64,000 bases of DNA, from positions 324,099 through 388,098 of the forward strand of contig JBGPQV010000001.1 of the NCBI GenBank assembly GCA_041489255.1, read 5' to 3'. Origin of the DNA: Thermoplasmata archaeon. Lineage in GTDB: Archaea; Thermoplasmatota; Thermoplasmata; RBG-16-68-12; JAFNFQ01. Below, piece by piece: positions 40,144-50,460 of this stretch (positions are counted from its first letter, which is position 1; each line of letters begins with the position of its first letter). A program made the translations under genes and the position numbers. The notes below the pieces were generated by a model. That model saw nothing but the letters and a program-made list of their open reading frames with translations, was not told where the DNA came from and made no database searches.

Positions 40144-40794
40144 GTGCACATTCCCGATGGGCTCATGGACCCTGTGGTCTGGGTCATCGGATTCGTCGTT
40201 GCGGTGCCGATCCTGTTCATCGTCTTCCGGAGACTCGGGAGAGAGACCGACGAGGACCGCATGCCGTTCATGGCCGTCCTTGCGGCGGGGATCTTCGTCG
40301 CGCAGATGCTGAACTTCCCCGTGGCGGGAGGCACGTCGGGGCACCTGATTGGGGCGGCGCTGGCGGTGGTCCTCGTCGGACCGGCGGCTGCAATGGCGGT
40401 GCTGACCGTGGTCATCGTCATCCAGTCTCTCTTCTTCGGTGACGGGGGCATCACCGCACTCGGGCTGAACCTGCTCAACATGGCGGTTGTCGCGCCGCTC
40501 GTTTCAATGCTTGTCTACGCTGCATCCAAGCGGAACCTGAAGGCCTCAATCTTCGCCGCTTCGTGGCTGTCGGTGTTCCTAGCCGCCTTCGCCACCGCCA
40601 TCGAGCTCTCCGCCAGCTTCCTGATTTCGGGCGGCACCTATGGAATCACGCCGTTCATCGCGCTTCCCGCCATGCTGGGATACAACGCGGTGATAGGCGT
40701 CGCGGAGGGCATCATCACCGTCGGGATCTGGGCCTTCATCTCACAGGTCGCGCCGGAGATTACGAAGGTAGGGAACGAGGAGGTTGCTCAATGA
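40144..40794 (+). CDS. cbiM: Ni/Co ECF transporter S component (NikM/CbiM)
   Basis: GTG start gives the diagnostic MHIPDG N-terminus; GTSGHL.G, Q.LFFGDGG.TALG.N. Confidence 0.93.
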   Translation: MHIPDGLMDPVVWVIGFVVAVPILFIVFRRLGRETDEDRMPFMAVLAAGIFVAQMLNFPVAGGTSGHLIGAALAVVLVGPAAAMAVLTVVIVIQSLFFGDGGITALGLNLLNMAVVAPLVSMLVYAASKRNLKASIFAASWLSVFLAAFATAIELSASFLISGGTYGITPFIALPAMLGYNAVIGVAEGIITVGIWAFISQVAPEITKVGNEEVAQ

Positions 40795-41072
40795 AGCGCG
40801 GGCCTGCGGCCTACCTCGCCGCGATTGCGGTTGTTTTCGCAATCCTCCTCCCGCTCTATTACGTGTTCAGCTACGGGAAGAATGACTCTCTTGAGCGGAC
40901 GATAGAGGAGGGGAACAACAATCAGGGAGGCTCGACATACAACGCGCCGTTCTCGTATGGCGGGAGCTATCTGGAGAGCCTGGTTTTCGGCATCCTCGGC
41001 ATGGTCCTCGTTTTCGCCGTGTTCTACGCGCTGTTCTTGGTCGTGAGGAAGAGGAGGATGCGACATGAGTAA
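40791..41072 (+). CDS. Small two-TM accessory subunit (NikN/CbiN-like)
   Basis: ATGA overlap with cbiM; TM-loop (NDSLE, compare PDGLE)-TM. Confidence 0.75.
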   Translation: MKRGPAAYLAAIAVVFAILLPLYYVFSYGKNDSLERTIEEGNNNQGGSTYNAPFSYGGSYLESLVFGILGMVLVFAVFYALFLVVRKRRMRHE

Positions 41073-41841
41073 TCTCATTTGGATCGCGTCGTCGGCTCAC
41101 CTCACGACCCCGACATCGCCAGACGAGTTCGCGTCCCGGAGCAGGTTCTACCGCCTAGACCCGAGGGCGAAGCTGGTCTCCGCCTTGATCTTCGCGGTCG
41201 CGGTGTCGCTGATGACCCATGTCTGGCCTCTCATCCTCGCGTTGCTCACCTCGCTGTTCGTCCTCGGGCTGAGCGGGCTCAGGCTGAGGGCCATCTCCCG
41301 CCAGATGATGCTGGTCGCGCTGCTCGTCCTCATGATCGCACTTCCCGTCTACTTCTTCCGGGGAATCGAAGCGTTTGTTGCGATGCTACTCCGCGTGTTC
41401 TCGGCGACCATCGTCCTGCTCGTGATGGTCCTCACCACCGCAAGCGCGGACCTCGCCGGCGGGATGAGACGCCTCGGCCTGCCGAAGTCCTTCGTCGCCA
41501 TGCTCGCGCTGACTTACCGATACCTGTTCCTCTTCGGGGATGAGGCGAAGCGGATGACCAAGGCTCGCGAGAGCAGGGGAGGAGGTCACGGGCGCAATCT
41601 CCTAGACAGGCGGGTGCTCCAGACAATCTCCACGACTGCCGGAATGATCCTCGTCAAGGCGTACAGGCGTGCGGCGAGGATCAACAGGGCGATGAGAGCG
41701 CGCGGCTACTCTGGCGAGGCGGTGACCGGTGCGAAGCTCAGGATGAGGATGCCGGATGGCGGGCTGGTCATTGCGGTGTCCATCTTCTCCGTGTTCCTCT
41801 TGCTCGTGAACTGGGGGTTCGTTCAATGGATGCGGTTGTGA
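41065..41841 (+). CDS. cbiQ: ECF T component (NikQ/CbiQ)
   Basis: LDPRAKL, LTYRY, ARESRG, AMRARGY. Confidence 0.92.
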   Translation: MSNLIWIASSAHLTTPTSPDEFASRSRFYRLDPRAKLVSALIFAVAVSLMTHVWPLILALLTSLFVLGLSGLRLRAISRQMMLVALLVLMIALPVYFFRGIEAFVAMLLRVFSATIVLLVMVLTTASADLAGGMRRLGLPKSFVAMLALTYRYLFLFGDEAKRMTKARESRGGGHGRNLLDRRVLQTISTTAGMILVKAYRRAARINRAMRARGYSGEAVTGAKLRMRMPDGGLVIAVSIFSVFLLLVNWGFVQWMRL

Positions 41842-42707
41842 CGCGCGGCCTCGGCTACAGGTACGACGACGGCACGACCGCCCTGGAGGGTTTGGACCTG
41901 GCCATTCGTCAGGGGGACCGCGTCGCCATCCTCGGCCCGAACGGGGCGGGGAAGTCGACGCTGCTCGAACTCCTGATGGGGTTCCATTTCCCGTTCAGCG
42001 GCACAGTCGAGATTTTCGGAGAGCAGCTGACGAAGCGAAACGCGGATGAACTCAGGCGGCGGCTCGGCATCCTGTTCCAGGACCCCGACGACCAGATCTT
42101 CCTGCCGAGGGTCTGGGACGACGTGGCGTTCGGGCCGCTGAACATGAAGCTGGACGGCGGGGAGATCGAACGGAGGGTCGAAAAGGCGCTGAACGTGGCG
42201 GGCATCGCGAACCTCAGGGACAGGGTTCCTCACCGGCTGAGCTACGGGCAGAAGAAGAGAGTCGCGATCGCGGGCGTGCTCGCGCTCGATCCTGACGTCC
42301 TCCTGCTCGACGAACCGACGGGGGGCCTCGACCCTGGATCGCGAGTAGAGTTGATCAGGACGGTCAACGGCCTCGACAAGACGATAGTCGTCGCGACGCA
42401 CGATGTCGAGGCGGCGGTGATGATGACGGATCGCGCGGTCGTCCTCCACGGGCACAAGCTCGCTGAGGGCGACTTCAGGCAGATACTCTCTGACCGCGCC
42501 CTCCTGGATCGAGCGAACCTCAGCGTCCCCGCGATAACGCACCTCTTCCAGGTCCTCGACAGCCTCGGCTATCCGTACGAGGAGCTGCCACTGGAGATCG
42601 AAGAAGCGGTCGACCAAATAACGAAGACCCTGGTGAGCGGCGACAAGCACGCCCACCTGCACATTCACGAGCATCCCTCAGGGGACACGGCCGAGCATGA
42701 GGATTAG
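41826..42707 (+). CDS. cbiO: ECF ATPase (NikO/CbiO) with His-rich tail
   Basis: GPNGAGKST, FQDPDDQ, LSYGQKKRVAIAG, C-terminal HAHLHIHEH. Confidence 0.93.
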   Translation: MDAVVTRGLGYRYDDGTTALEGLDLAIRQGDRVAILGPNGAGKSTLLELLMGFHFPFSGTVEIFGEQLTKRNADELRRRLGILFQDPDDQIFLPRVWDDVAFGPLNMKLDGGEIERRVEKALNVAGIANLRDRVPHRLSYGQKKRVAIAGVLALDPDVLLLDEPTGGLDPGSRVELIRTVNGLDKTIVVATHDVEAAVMMTDRAVVLHGHKLAEGDFRQILSDRALLDRANLSVPAITHLFQVLDSLGYPYEELPLEIEEAVDQITKTLVSGDKHAHLHIHEHPSGDTAEHED

Positions 42708-42846
42708 AGTGCTAGAAGACACATAGACAAGACTCGCGAACAAGAGAATCATGGACGGAGAATGGCGTCGAGCTGAAATGCCAGAATCATGGGAACGTGG
42801 GCATGTTCAGCATTTTCAAACCGAGAAGTAATGTCTAGCGAACACA

Positions 42847-43587
42847 TCAATCCGTTTCTGTGCGAAGACCCTCCTTCTCCAGTTTTCGGAGGAGGTCCTC
42901 CCAGGACATGCCTTTCCCAGTGTTGACTTGCCAGATTCGCCCAGATTCTTCGGTCGAGTAGCCAGCGTCCCAGACAACGCCTGCATCCATCAATTCGTCC
43001 TCTAAGCGCAAGAGGCGTTTCAATTCATTGTCTCCACTTGGGATGATCCGAATTCGCCGCGGGGTCGAATCGTTGCGCTCTCGATTAATCGCGGGTGATG
43101 CAAATTCATCTTGGGCAAGAAGCAGATTCAAGGATTTGGATATCTCGTCGTCTATCGTTCGGTAGCTATGCAGGCCGTGGATTCCTACTGGTCCAGTGGG
43201 ACCAGGCAATTCGTTGTTGGACTCATCGAAGTATCTCTTGAAATGCGTTTTGTCTTTCCATTCCCACAGGAAACAATGCGGGGCCAGCGTCTCCCCTTTC
43301 ATAAACGGCAGATGATCGATGGTCATGAAGTAGCCTTTACTCCATGGCAGCAGATTCGTCATGATTGGCGGTAAAAGCAGGTTGTTCGACGATAAGACGT
43401 CGCGACTTGGCAATTCTGGTTTCTTGGAGTGTGTTTTGAATATGTAGACAAGAATCACATTCTTCATTGGCCCGATTGACGCTGTCGTACTGATGACACG
43501 GCCAAACCGGTAGTCATTGTCCGGAAGTTGCAGAACAAAGACATCTCCCCGCTGCGGCTTCTTGCGAGATGGCCTCAAGATCCTCAT
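42847..43587 (-). CDS. Imm26-like immunity-protein domain plus C-terminal extension; AT-richer insert
   Basis: KKPQRGDVF.LQL.D..Y.FGRV and W.KGYF..I patterns recalled for Imm26; start placed at MRILRPS. Confidence 0.65.
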   Translation of the reverse strand: MRILRPSRKKPQRGDVFVLQLPDNDYRFGRVISTTASIGPMKNVILVYIFKTHSKKPELPSRDVLSSNNLLLPPIMTNLLPWSKGYFMTIDHLPFMKGETLAPHCFLWEWKDKTHFKRYFDESNNELPGPTGPVGIHGLHSYRTIDDEISKSLNLLLAQDEFASPAINRERNDSTPRRIRIIPSGDNELKRLLRLEDELMDAGVVWDAGYSTEESGRIWQVNTGKGMSWEDLLRKLEKEGLRTETD

Positions 43588-43871
43588 ATTTGTTACTCCG
43601 TTCAAATCCTTCACCCCATAGATTCGGCTAGGCTCCACCCCAGTCCACTGCAGCCAGATGCCATAGACGACAGCTACTATGATTTCTCTGATATTTAGGA
43701 ACACCGGACCTCTGCGGTGTCCAAATCGGCTTCGATCGACATCGTTCGCAATGCCTGCAGAATCATTTATGCCATCCGTCACTCGACCTCCATGACGACC
43801 TTCTCCCGCCAGAATATTGCGTAATTCCGCGACAATATCTCCCGCCACAAAACGTTTTATCGGCGTGCACT

Positions 43872-44723
43872 TTGCCTCCGAGCGTGGGTCTCCTAATCCG
43901 CCTCGCGAGCAGATGGGTCGCCGGCATCCACATGGAGGACGCCCTCAAGCGCGCGGCGGAACTGAACAAGCTCAAGATAGGCGCGATACTCAACATCCTC
44001 GGCGAGCACTACGAGGACCGCAAGTCGATCGAGGAGACCGTGGCGGAGTACCTCGAGCTGATAAAAGCGATCACCGACAGGGGGCTCGACGCGAGCGTAT
44101 CGATCAAGCTCTCTCAGTGCGGGCTGATGATCGACGAGGAATGCTGCAGGAAGAACATAGAGACGATCCTCGCCAAGGTGAAGGAGACCGGCAACTATCT
44201 CTGGATGGACATGGAGAGCTCGAAGTACACGGACGCGACGATCCGCATCTACGAGCACTGCCTGAAGCTGTACCCGAGGGTCGGCCTGGCGGTGCAGACG
44301 AACCTCAAGAGGACAGAAGCGGACGTCAGGCGGCTGATGAAGGAGGGCGGGATGGCCAGGCTCACCAAGGGCGCTTACAGGGAGGACCCCGCCATCAGCT
44401 ACCCGAAGAGGTCCGATACCACTGTGAACTTCAGCAAGATACTCAGGTATCTCTTCGAGGAGTGCGACAACTTCGCCGTCGCCACGCACGACATCGACAT
44501 GATCGACGAGAGCCTGGAGCTGGGCAAGAAGCACAACAAGAAGTTCGAGTTCCAGATGCTCCAGGGCGTGCGGGAGAAGCTAGCGGCGGAGCTGGCGGGC
44601 AAGGGGTACAGGGTGAACGAGTACGTCCCCTACGGGCCGAGGTGGCTCGCCTACTTCACCAGGCGCCTCAAGGAGAAGCCGGGCAACATCCTCACGATGT
44701 TCAAGTCCCTCGTCAGCGGCTAG
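43872..44723 (+). CDS. Monofunctional proline dehydrogenase
   Basis: RWVAG, LGE, SIKLSQ.G, DME, RL.KGAY.E, ATHD, EFQML.GV, YVPYG..W..Y..RRL.E. Confidence 0.93.
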   Translation: MPPSVGLLIRLASRWVAGIHMEDALKRAAELNKLKIGAILNILGEHYEDRKSIEETVAEYLELIKAITDRGLDASVSIKLSQCGLMIDEECCRKNIETILAKVKETGNYLWMDMESSKYTDATIRIYEHCLKLYPRVGLAVQTNLKRTEADVRRLMKEGGMARLTKGAYREDPAISYPKRSDTTVNFSKILRYLFEECDNFAVATHDIDMIDESLELGKKHNKKFEFQMLQGVREKLAAELAGKGYRVNEYVPYGPRWLAYFTRRLKEKPGNILTMFKSLVSG

Positions 44724-44786
44724 CTCGAGGACGACCGGGGTGACCTTATTATACCGCCAAAGATTCCGATGCCCCGAGGCTGAAAC

Positions 44787-46763
44787 ATGTCCCATCCAGC
44801 CTGGCTCCCGTATGTGCTGACGGTCTTTCTGGCGGTGTGCATCGGCCTCTTCCTGCACCGCCTCTACCGGATCATCCGCCTCCTGCGTGTGGGAAAAGCG
44901 AAGGAGAAGCGGTGGGACCACTTCGGCCGACGACTCGTCGCGCTCATCACTCTCGGGATCTTCCAGAAGAAGGTCTACCACAAGGAGGTGGCTGTGGGAC
45001 TGCTGCACGGGTTCATCTTCTGGGCGTTCGTCTTCCTGGGGGCGAGCATCGTCGAGATCACGGCGCAGGGCTATGCGCCAGGGTGGCAGCTGCCCGTGCC
45101 CGAGTTCATCCGCGGACCGCTGTACTTCGCGGAGGAGGGCATCGCGAGTCTCGGGTTCCTCGGCGTGCTGATGGCCTTCTACCGCAGGTATGTCGTGCGA
45201 CCGAAGAAGCTCATGCACGAGGGGTTCCGCGCCGCCACGGTCGTCCTCATTTTCATCATGGGCATCGTGCTGACCGTCCTGTTCTACAATGTCGCCGAGC
45301 ACGCTCTGGGCATCGCTGCGGATCCTCAGTGGAAGCCCATCTCCGGGGCCCTCGCGAGCATCTCGATCATCAACGTGGACCCAGAGCTGCTCTGGTGGAT
45401 CTCCTGGACCGCGCACGTCCTCTGCCTCTACACGTTCCTCGCATACGTCCTGTACACCAAGCACTCCCACATCCTGTTCGCGCCGTTCAACTCGTTCTGG
45501 GTCAACCTGAAACCGAAAGGTGAAATCAAGCCGATAGACCTCGAGAAGACCGAGGTCTTCGGCGTGCATCGCGTCGAGCAATTGAGCATGCGGCAGCTGC
45601 TCGACGGGTTCGCGTGCACGGAGTGCGGGCGCTGCACGGACAACTGCCCCGCGAACAGGACGGGGAAGCCGTTGGACCCGATGCATCTGATCATCCACAT
45701 GAGGGACACCCTCGTCGATCAGGGGCCCGCGATCCTGGCGGGAAAGACGGAGGGGCTCCCCGACATGTTCCAGACAGTGCACTCGGAGGAGCAGATCTGG
45801 GAGTGCACGACATGTTACGCGTGCGTCTACGAGTGCCCCGTGCTGAACGAGCACGTGCCGAAGATCATCGAGATGCGCCGGCACCTGGTCCTGATGGACG
45901 GGAAGATGCCGACCCAGGTGATGGACGTCTTGCGCAATGTCGAGCAGAACTACAACCCCTGGGGGATAGGGTGGGACCAGCGGGGGAAATGGGCGGAAGG
46001 CCTCGATATCAAGACGTTGGCGGATGACGCGAACGTGCAGTACCTCTTCTGGGTGGGATGCGTGGGGAGCTTCGACGAGCACGGGAAGAAGATCGCTCAG
46101 TCAACCGCGCGGCTCATGAAGAAGGCCGGGGTCAGCTTCGGCATCCTCGGTCCGGAGGAGAAGTGCACGGGCGACCCCGCGAGGCGCATGGGCAACGAGT
46201 ACCTGGCGCAGACGATGATCAAGCAGAACATCGAGACGCTGAACAAATACGCCGTCAAGAAGATCATCACGATGTGCCCGCACTGCTTCAACTCGCTCAA
46301 GCACGAGTTCCCGGACTTTGGCGGGAAGTACGAGGTCGTGCACCATAGTCAGTTCCTCGCGAGGCTGGTCAGGGAGGGCAGGCTGAAGCCGAGCAGGGAG
46401 GTCAGCGAGGTCGTCACATATCACGACGCCTGCTACCTTGGGCGGTACAACGATGTGTTCCAGGAGCCTCGCGACATCCTTGCGTCCATACCGGGCCTCA
46501 GCGTCGTCGAGATGGAGAGGTCCAAGGAGACTTCGCTCTGCTGCGGCGGTGGTGGCGGGCGGCTGTGGATGGAGGAGACGGTCGGGAAGAAGGTCAGTGT
46601 AGAGAGGACTGAACAGGTCCTCGCCGCGAAGGCGGAGACAGTGGCGACCGCGTGCCCCTACTGCACGATCATGTTCGACGACGCCGCGAAGGTCATGGAC
46701 ATCGAGGGCAAGCTGAAGCGGAAGGACATCGCTGAGATCCTCGAGCAGTCGGTCGGCGGTTGA
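44787..46763 (+). CDS. Membrane-bound Fe-S oxidoreductase (FadF / HdrED-like; TM + 2x[4Fe-4S] + CCG domains)
   Basis: TM N-terminus, CTECGRCTDNCP, CTTCYACVYECP, YHDACYLGR, CCGGGG, TACPYC. Confidence 0.92.
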   Translation: MSHPAWLPYVLTVFLAVCIGLFLHRLYRIIRLLRVGKAKEKRWDHFGRRLVALITLGIFQKKVYHKEVAVGLLHGFIFWAFVFLGASIVEITAQGYAPGWQLPVPEFIRGPLYFAEEGIASLGFLGVLMAFYRRYVVRPKKLMHEGFRAATVVLIFIMGIVLTVLFYNVAEHALGIAADPQWKPISGALASISIINVDPELLWWISWTAHVLCLYTFLAYVLYTKHSHILFAPFNSFWVNLKPKGEIKPIDLEKTEVFGVHRVEQLSMRQLLDGFACTECGRCTDNCPANRTGKPLDPMHLIIHMRDTLVDQGPAILAGKTEGLPDMFQTVHSEEQIWECTTCYACVYECPVLNEHVPKIIEMRRHLVLMDGKMPTQVMDVLRNVEQNYNPWGIGWDQRGKWAEGLDIKTLADDANVQYLFWVGCVGSFDEHGKKIAQSTARLMKKAGVSFGILGPEEKCTGDPARRMGNEYLAQTMIKQNIETLNKYAVKKIITMCPHCFNSLKHEFPDFGGKYEVVHHSQFLARLVREGRLKPSREVSEVVTYHDACYLGRYNDVFQEPRDILASIPGLSVVEMERSKETSLCCGGGGGRLWMEETVGKKVSVERTEQVLAAKAETVATACPYCTIMFDDAAKVMDIEGKLKRKDIAEILEQSVGG

Positions 46764-46770
46764 GTCTCCC

Positions 46771-47508
46771 TCAGAGCTTCTTCAACGCGGCGGGAAGTTC
46801 CGCAAGCGAGGCGATGATGGGCCATCGCCCTTTTTCCGGATTAGAATGCTCGGGGCGGATCATCTGGAAGCACCGCGCGCCCATCGTCGATACAGGTGCG
46901 AGGTAGGCGGGGATGTCGTCGACGACCACCGCCTCGGCGGGTTTGATATTCGTGATGCCGAAGGCGCGCCTCCAGTAGTGAGGCCTGTCCTTCTTCGCCT
47001 TCGCGTTCTCCAGGAAGACGAGGCCATCGAACATCTCCCTGATGCCGCCGCCCACGAGCGCGAACTCGCCGTTCGAGCGCGTCGCATTGGTCGAGAGGAA
47101 GATGCTGTGGCCGTCCGCCTTGAGCTCGCCGATTGCGGGCTTGACATCGGAGTACAAAGCATCGATCCCCGAGACAATCTCGGCTTCCAGTTTCATCCAG
47201 TAGGTGTTCAGGTTCGGCGGTAGCGGCAGGCCCGCCATCTCGAACGCCATGCGGAGGTGGTCCATCTCCATCCTCTGCACCGCCCTGACCCATTCGTCCC
47301 CGTCCCTCATGTCGCCCTGAAGAGAGTCGAGCCTCGCCCCTTCGGCGGTGTACCACGCGTATGTCTCATCGTGGATCTGCTTTCCCTTGGCGACAGGAAC
47401 GCCGAAGTCGCGGCTGAGTATCTCCGCATACCGCCGCCGGTAGTGCTGCTCCATCAGTCCCGGGTCCGCGAGGACGCGGTAGAGGTCCAGGAATATCGCC
47501 CAGGGCAT
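46771..47508 (-). CDS. HAD-family hydrolase
   Basis: IFLDLYRVL motif I variant, LSTN, K, VVDD. Confidence 0.8.
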   Translation of the reverse strand: MPWAIFLDLYRVLADPGLMEQHYRRRYAEILSRDFGVPVAKGKQIHDETYAWYTAEGARLDSLQGDMRDGDEWVRAVQRMEMDHLRMAFEMAGLPLPPNLNTYWMKLEAEIVSGIDALYSDVKPAIGELKADGHSIFLSTNATRSNGEFALVGGGIREMFDGLVFLENAKAKKDRPHYWRRAFGITNIKPAEAVVVDDIPAYLAPVSTMGARCFQMIRPEHSNPEKGRWPIIASLAELPAALKKL

Positions 47509-47661
47509 CGCGTGCGCAAGGCCAGATGCCGTCTAAAGCGTTGCGGTGGTCATGTGAATCTGAAAATGTGGTGCACGGAAGTGCGTTACTGTGGTCATAG
47601 TGGGCAATAATATAATCAATGCATGGCCAATTAGGCTCACAAGAATCATGAGGTATCTGCG

Positions 47662-48234
47662 GTGAAACCTACAGACTGTGAAATGAGTAATCCCTGGCTC
47701 GGGCTCCTTCTTGATTCGAAATACCTCGCTGAGGCTAGGTCAACGGCGCGAGAGAAGCTTGCTTGGGAGAGCTTTGAAGGTAGCTTGAATATGAAGATGA
47801 GCTGGACCACCGACGCAGAGACAAGCCACTACGCTCCACATCAGGGTACGCTCCGGGTCGATCACGTAGTGGTCAGCGCGGTGATGGATGAACTGATCGC
47901 CACTTGCAAGCAACTTAGACGAACGCGCTCCGCTGCATCTCAGATAGTTCTCCATGGGACATCTCTCGAGCTTGCGATGAAGGCCCGCGGAGCAACGGTC
48001 GAAATCAGTTTGCTGGAATACGTGGACTACTCTGAGCGAGAACGGAAACTTGGAGTCCTAACGCTTACTCGCGACATGTTTTTCACGACTGTTGCTAGAT
48101 TCGTCGATGATTTCCTAGACCAACTCGTCCTGACGATTCGTTCGCTTTCAGATCACAAAGCTGTCTTGTACCTGCGGAAAGAGGCAGAAACGCTTGCCAA
48201 GAGTGGCCACCTTCGGCAGGAACATAGTGGTTGA
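47662..48234 (+). CDS. Hypothetical protein, AT-richer insert
   Basis: 190-aa ORF with non-host codon usage; TATATAA box at about 47610; no motif recognised. Confidence 0.5.
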   Translation: MKPTDCEMSNPWLGLLLDSKYLAEARSTAREKLAWESFEGSLNMKMSWTTDAETSHYAPHQGTLRVDHVVVSAVMDELIATCKQLRRTRSAASQIVLHGTSLELAMKARGATVEISLLEYVDYSERERKLGVLTLTRDMFFTTVARFVDDFLDQLVLTIRSLSDHKAVLYLRKEAETLAKSGHLRQEHSG

Positions 48235-48369
48235 ATGTCTCCAAGTCTGCAAGCTTGCAGTCACGGAAAGAGTCACGTCCGTAGGATGAATCCGATGAAG
48301 AGTGCGCTCAAACCCTTCGTTGGGAAAGATGTCGTCAAAAAAATCGATTGAGCCCCGGTGCGCTTTGCA

Positions 48370-48405
48370 CCGGGCCCGAGACATCCAGATGTCTGCCTCA
48401 GGCAA
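48370..48405 (-). pseudogene. Possible 5' stub of a truncated HEPN gene
   Basis: Overlaps the MNT stop; MPEADIWMSRAR resembles MKEEAEAWMRRAK of the intact HEPN at 55243, then the similarity ends. Confidence 0.5.
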
Positions 48406-48715
48406 GGATCAGGCCCTCCCGCCGCACGCTCCGGCCGAAGATGGTCTCTCCGGTCCGGTCGAAGTCCTCGAGGGCAATTGGCTTCGCGGAAATGTACACC
48501 CCTTCACGCATCAGCACGTCGATAGCCTCCTGGGCCAAGGACACGCGGAACATCCAGGAGGTGTCCTGAGTCACGACAAGGACGTCGATGTCCGATTCCT
48601 CCCCGTAATCTCCCCGGGCAACGGAACCGAAGAGGATCACATTCTGGATGCGCTCGCCGTACTTCGCTTTGAGTCGGCTGGCGAATTCCTTGGCGAGTCT
48701 ACATCGGTCCTTCAT
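48398..48715 (-). CDS. Minimal nucleotidyltransferase (MNT/MntA-type antitoxin)
   Basis: ILFGSVARGD...ESDIDVLVV (GSx10DxD); 105 aa. Confidence 0.9.
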   Translation of the reverse strand: MKDRCRLAKEFASRLKAKYGERIQNVILFGSVARGDYGEESDIDVLVVTQDTSWMFRVSLAQEAIDVLMREGVYISAKPIALEDFDRTGETIFGRSVRREGLILA

Positions 48716-48999
48716 GTCCTCGGATTCTTATGATGCATTCAGCATATTAAGGACATCGAGCGGGTAGCTCGTGGGAATCGCCGACTCGTTCCTCGTCAGC
48801 TTCTCGACTCGAGACATGGATTCCGCTCTGTCATTGCCTCCGCGAGGACCCGCAACGGCGGTGCCCGACCGACCCGCCGCCGATAACGGAAATCTCATGA
48901 AGCACGTCCGGTTTAGGCGTTTCCGCCGCCAAGATGCGGCGCCACCGCACAACAAGGCGCACACCTCAGGCCCAAGGGACGGAAGGTCGTGACAGCAGA

Positions 49000-50460
49000 T
49001 TGAAATACAGCTGGACAGTCCTCACGGTGACCACGGTCGGGGTCCTGATGGCGGGCCTCGACACCAGGATAATCATCATCGGCCTCCCCCAAGTCGCCAC
49101 CGCCCTCCACGCGGACGCCGAGCAGGCGATTTGGTTCACTCAGGCGTACATCCTCGGCAGCACCGTCGCCCTGCTCCTCATCGGCAGGATAACCGACATC
49201 GTCGGCAGGGTGAAGATCTACACTGCGGGCTTCGTCGTCTTCACCCTCGGCTCGCTCCTCACAGGCCTGAGCACGAGCCCCATGCAGGTCATCGCCTTCA
49301 GGGGCCTCCAGGGGCTCGGCGGGGCGATGCTCATCACGAACAGCGCCTCGCTGATCGCCGACGCGACCCCGAGCAAGAACCTGGGGTTCGCCATGGGCAT
49401 CAACCAGATCGCCTTCCGATTCGGGGCGATGGCGGGACTGACCGTGAGCGGCATCATCCTCTCCTACCTCGACTGGCGGGCGCTGTTCTACATCAACGTC
49501 CCGATCGGCATCTTCGGGACCGTCTGGGCGCACCGCAGGCTCAAGGAGATCGCGCGCGTGGAGAGAGGGGCCCCGATCGACTGGACCGGGTTCCTCGCCT
49601 TCACGGTGTTCATAGTGAGCTTCCTCCTCGCCCTCACCTACGGCGCGTACGGCATAAGCGCGGAGGGCCTCGTCTACCTGCTTATCGGGCTGAGCGTCGC
49701 CAGCCTCGTCATCTTCATCGCCCACGAGAGGAGGATACAGCATCCTCTGCTGGACCTCAAGCTGATGAGGATAAAGGAGTTCGCCGGCGGCGTCACCGCG
49801 CAGCTGATCAACTCGATCGCCTGGGGGGCGGTCCTGCTGCTCCTCAGCCTGTACTTCCAGCTGGTCGTCGGGCTGGCGCCGCTCGATGCGGGGATCAGGA
49901 TCATACCTATCGACATCGCCTTCCTCCTGACGGGGCCCATCAGCGGGAAGCTCTCCGACAAGTACGGGCACATGCCATTCACGACCACCGGCCTCGCCCT
50001 CGGGAGCGTCTCCCTCTTCCTCTTCTCCACCGCCGATGCGAACACCCCCTACGCGCTCATGGCCGTGTACATGATGGTGTTCGGCGCGGGGATCGGCTTC
50101 TTCGCATCCCCGAACATGAGCTCGATCATGGGCTCGGTCCCCGAGGACAGGAGGGGCATAGCGTCCGCCGTCAGGGCGACCTTCTTCCAGACGGGCAACG
50201 TGATCAGCGTCAGCCTCGCCGTCCTCCTGATGACCATCGCCGTGCCGTATCAGGTCATAACATCCGTCATCTCATCCGCGAACGTCGTCATTCCCGGGTC
50301 GGAGAGGGCCCTGTTCGCCGCAGGGATAAGCACCGCCTACGTCTGGATGGCGGTCCTGAACGCCGTGGCGATCATCCCCTCGATGCTCAGAGGGAAGAAG
50401 GCGGTTCCCAAGGACCTCCCGCCGGAGCACAAGTACGAACCTCCGACGTTGCCCAATTGA
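49000..50460 (+). CDS. MFS drug:H+ antiporter (DHA2, 14 TM)
   Basis: LD..I..I.LP, GR..D..GR, R.LQG.GGA, WR.LFYINVPIG, HPLLDL. Confidence 0.93.
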   Translation: MKYSWTVLTVTTVGVLMAGLDTRIIIIGLPQVATALHADAEQAIWFTQAYILGSTVALLLIGRITDIVGRVKIYTAGFVVFTLGSLLTGLSTSPMQVIAFRGLQGLGGAMLITNSASLIADATPSKNLGFAMGINQIAFRFGAMAGLTVSGIILSYLDWRALFYINVPIGIFGTVWAHRRLKEIARVERGAPIDWTGFLAFTVFIVSFLLALTYGAYGISAEGLVYLLIGLSVASLVIFIAHERRIQHPLLDLKLMRIKEFAGGVTAQLINSIAWGAVLLLLSLYFQLVVGLAPLDAGIRIIPIDIAFLLTGPISGKLSDKYGHMPFTTTGLALGSVSLFLFSTADANTPYALMAVYMMVFGAGIGFFASPNMSSIMGSVPEDRRGIASAVRATFFQTGNVISVSLAVLLMTIAVPYQVITSVISSANVVIPGSERALFAAGISTAYVWMAVLNAVAIIPSMLRGKKAVPKDLPPEHKYEPPTLPN

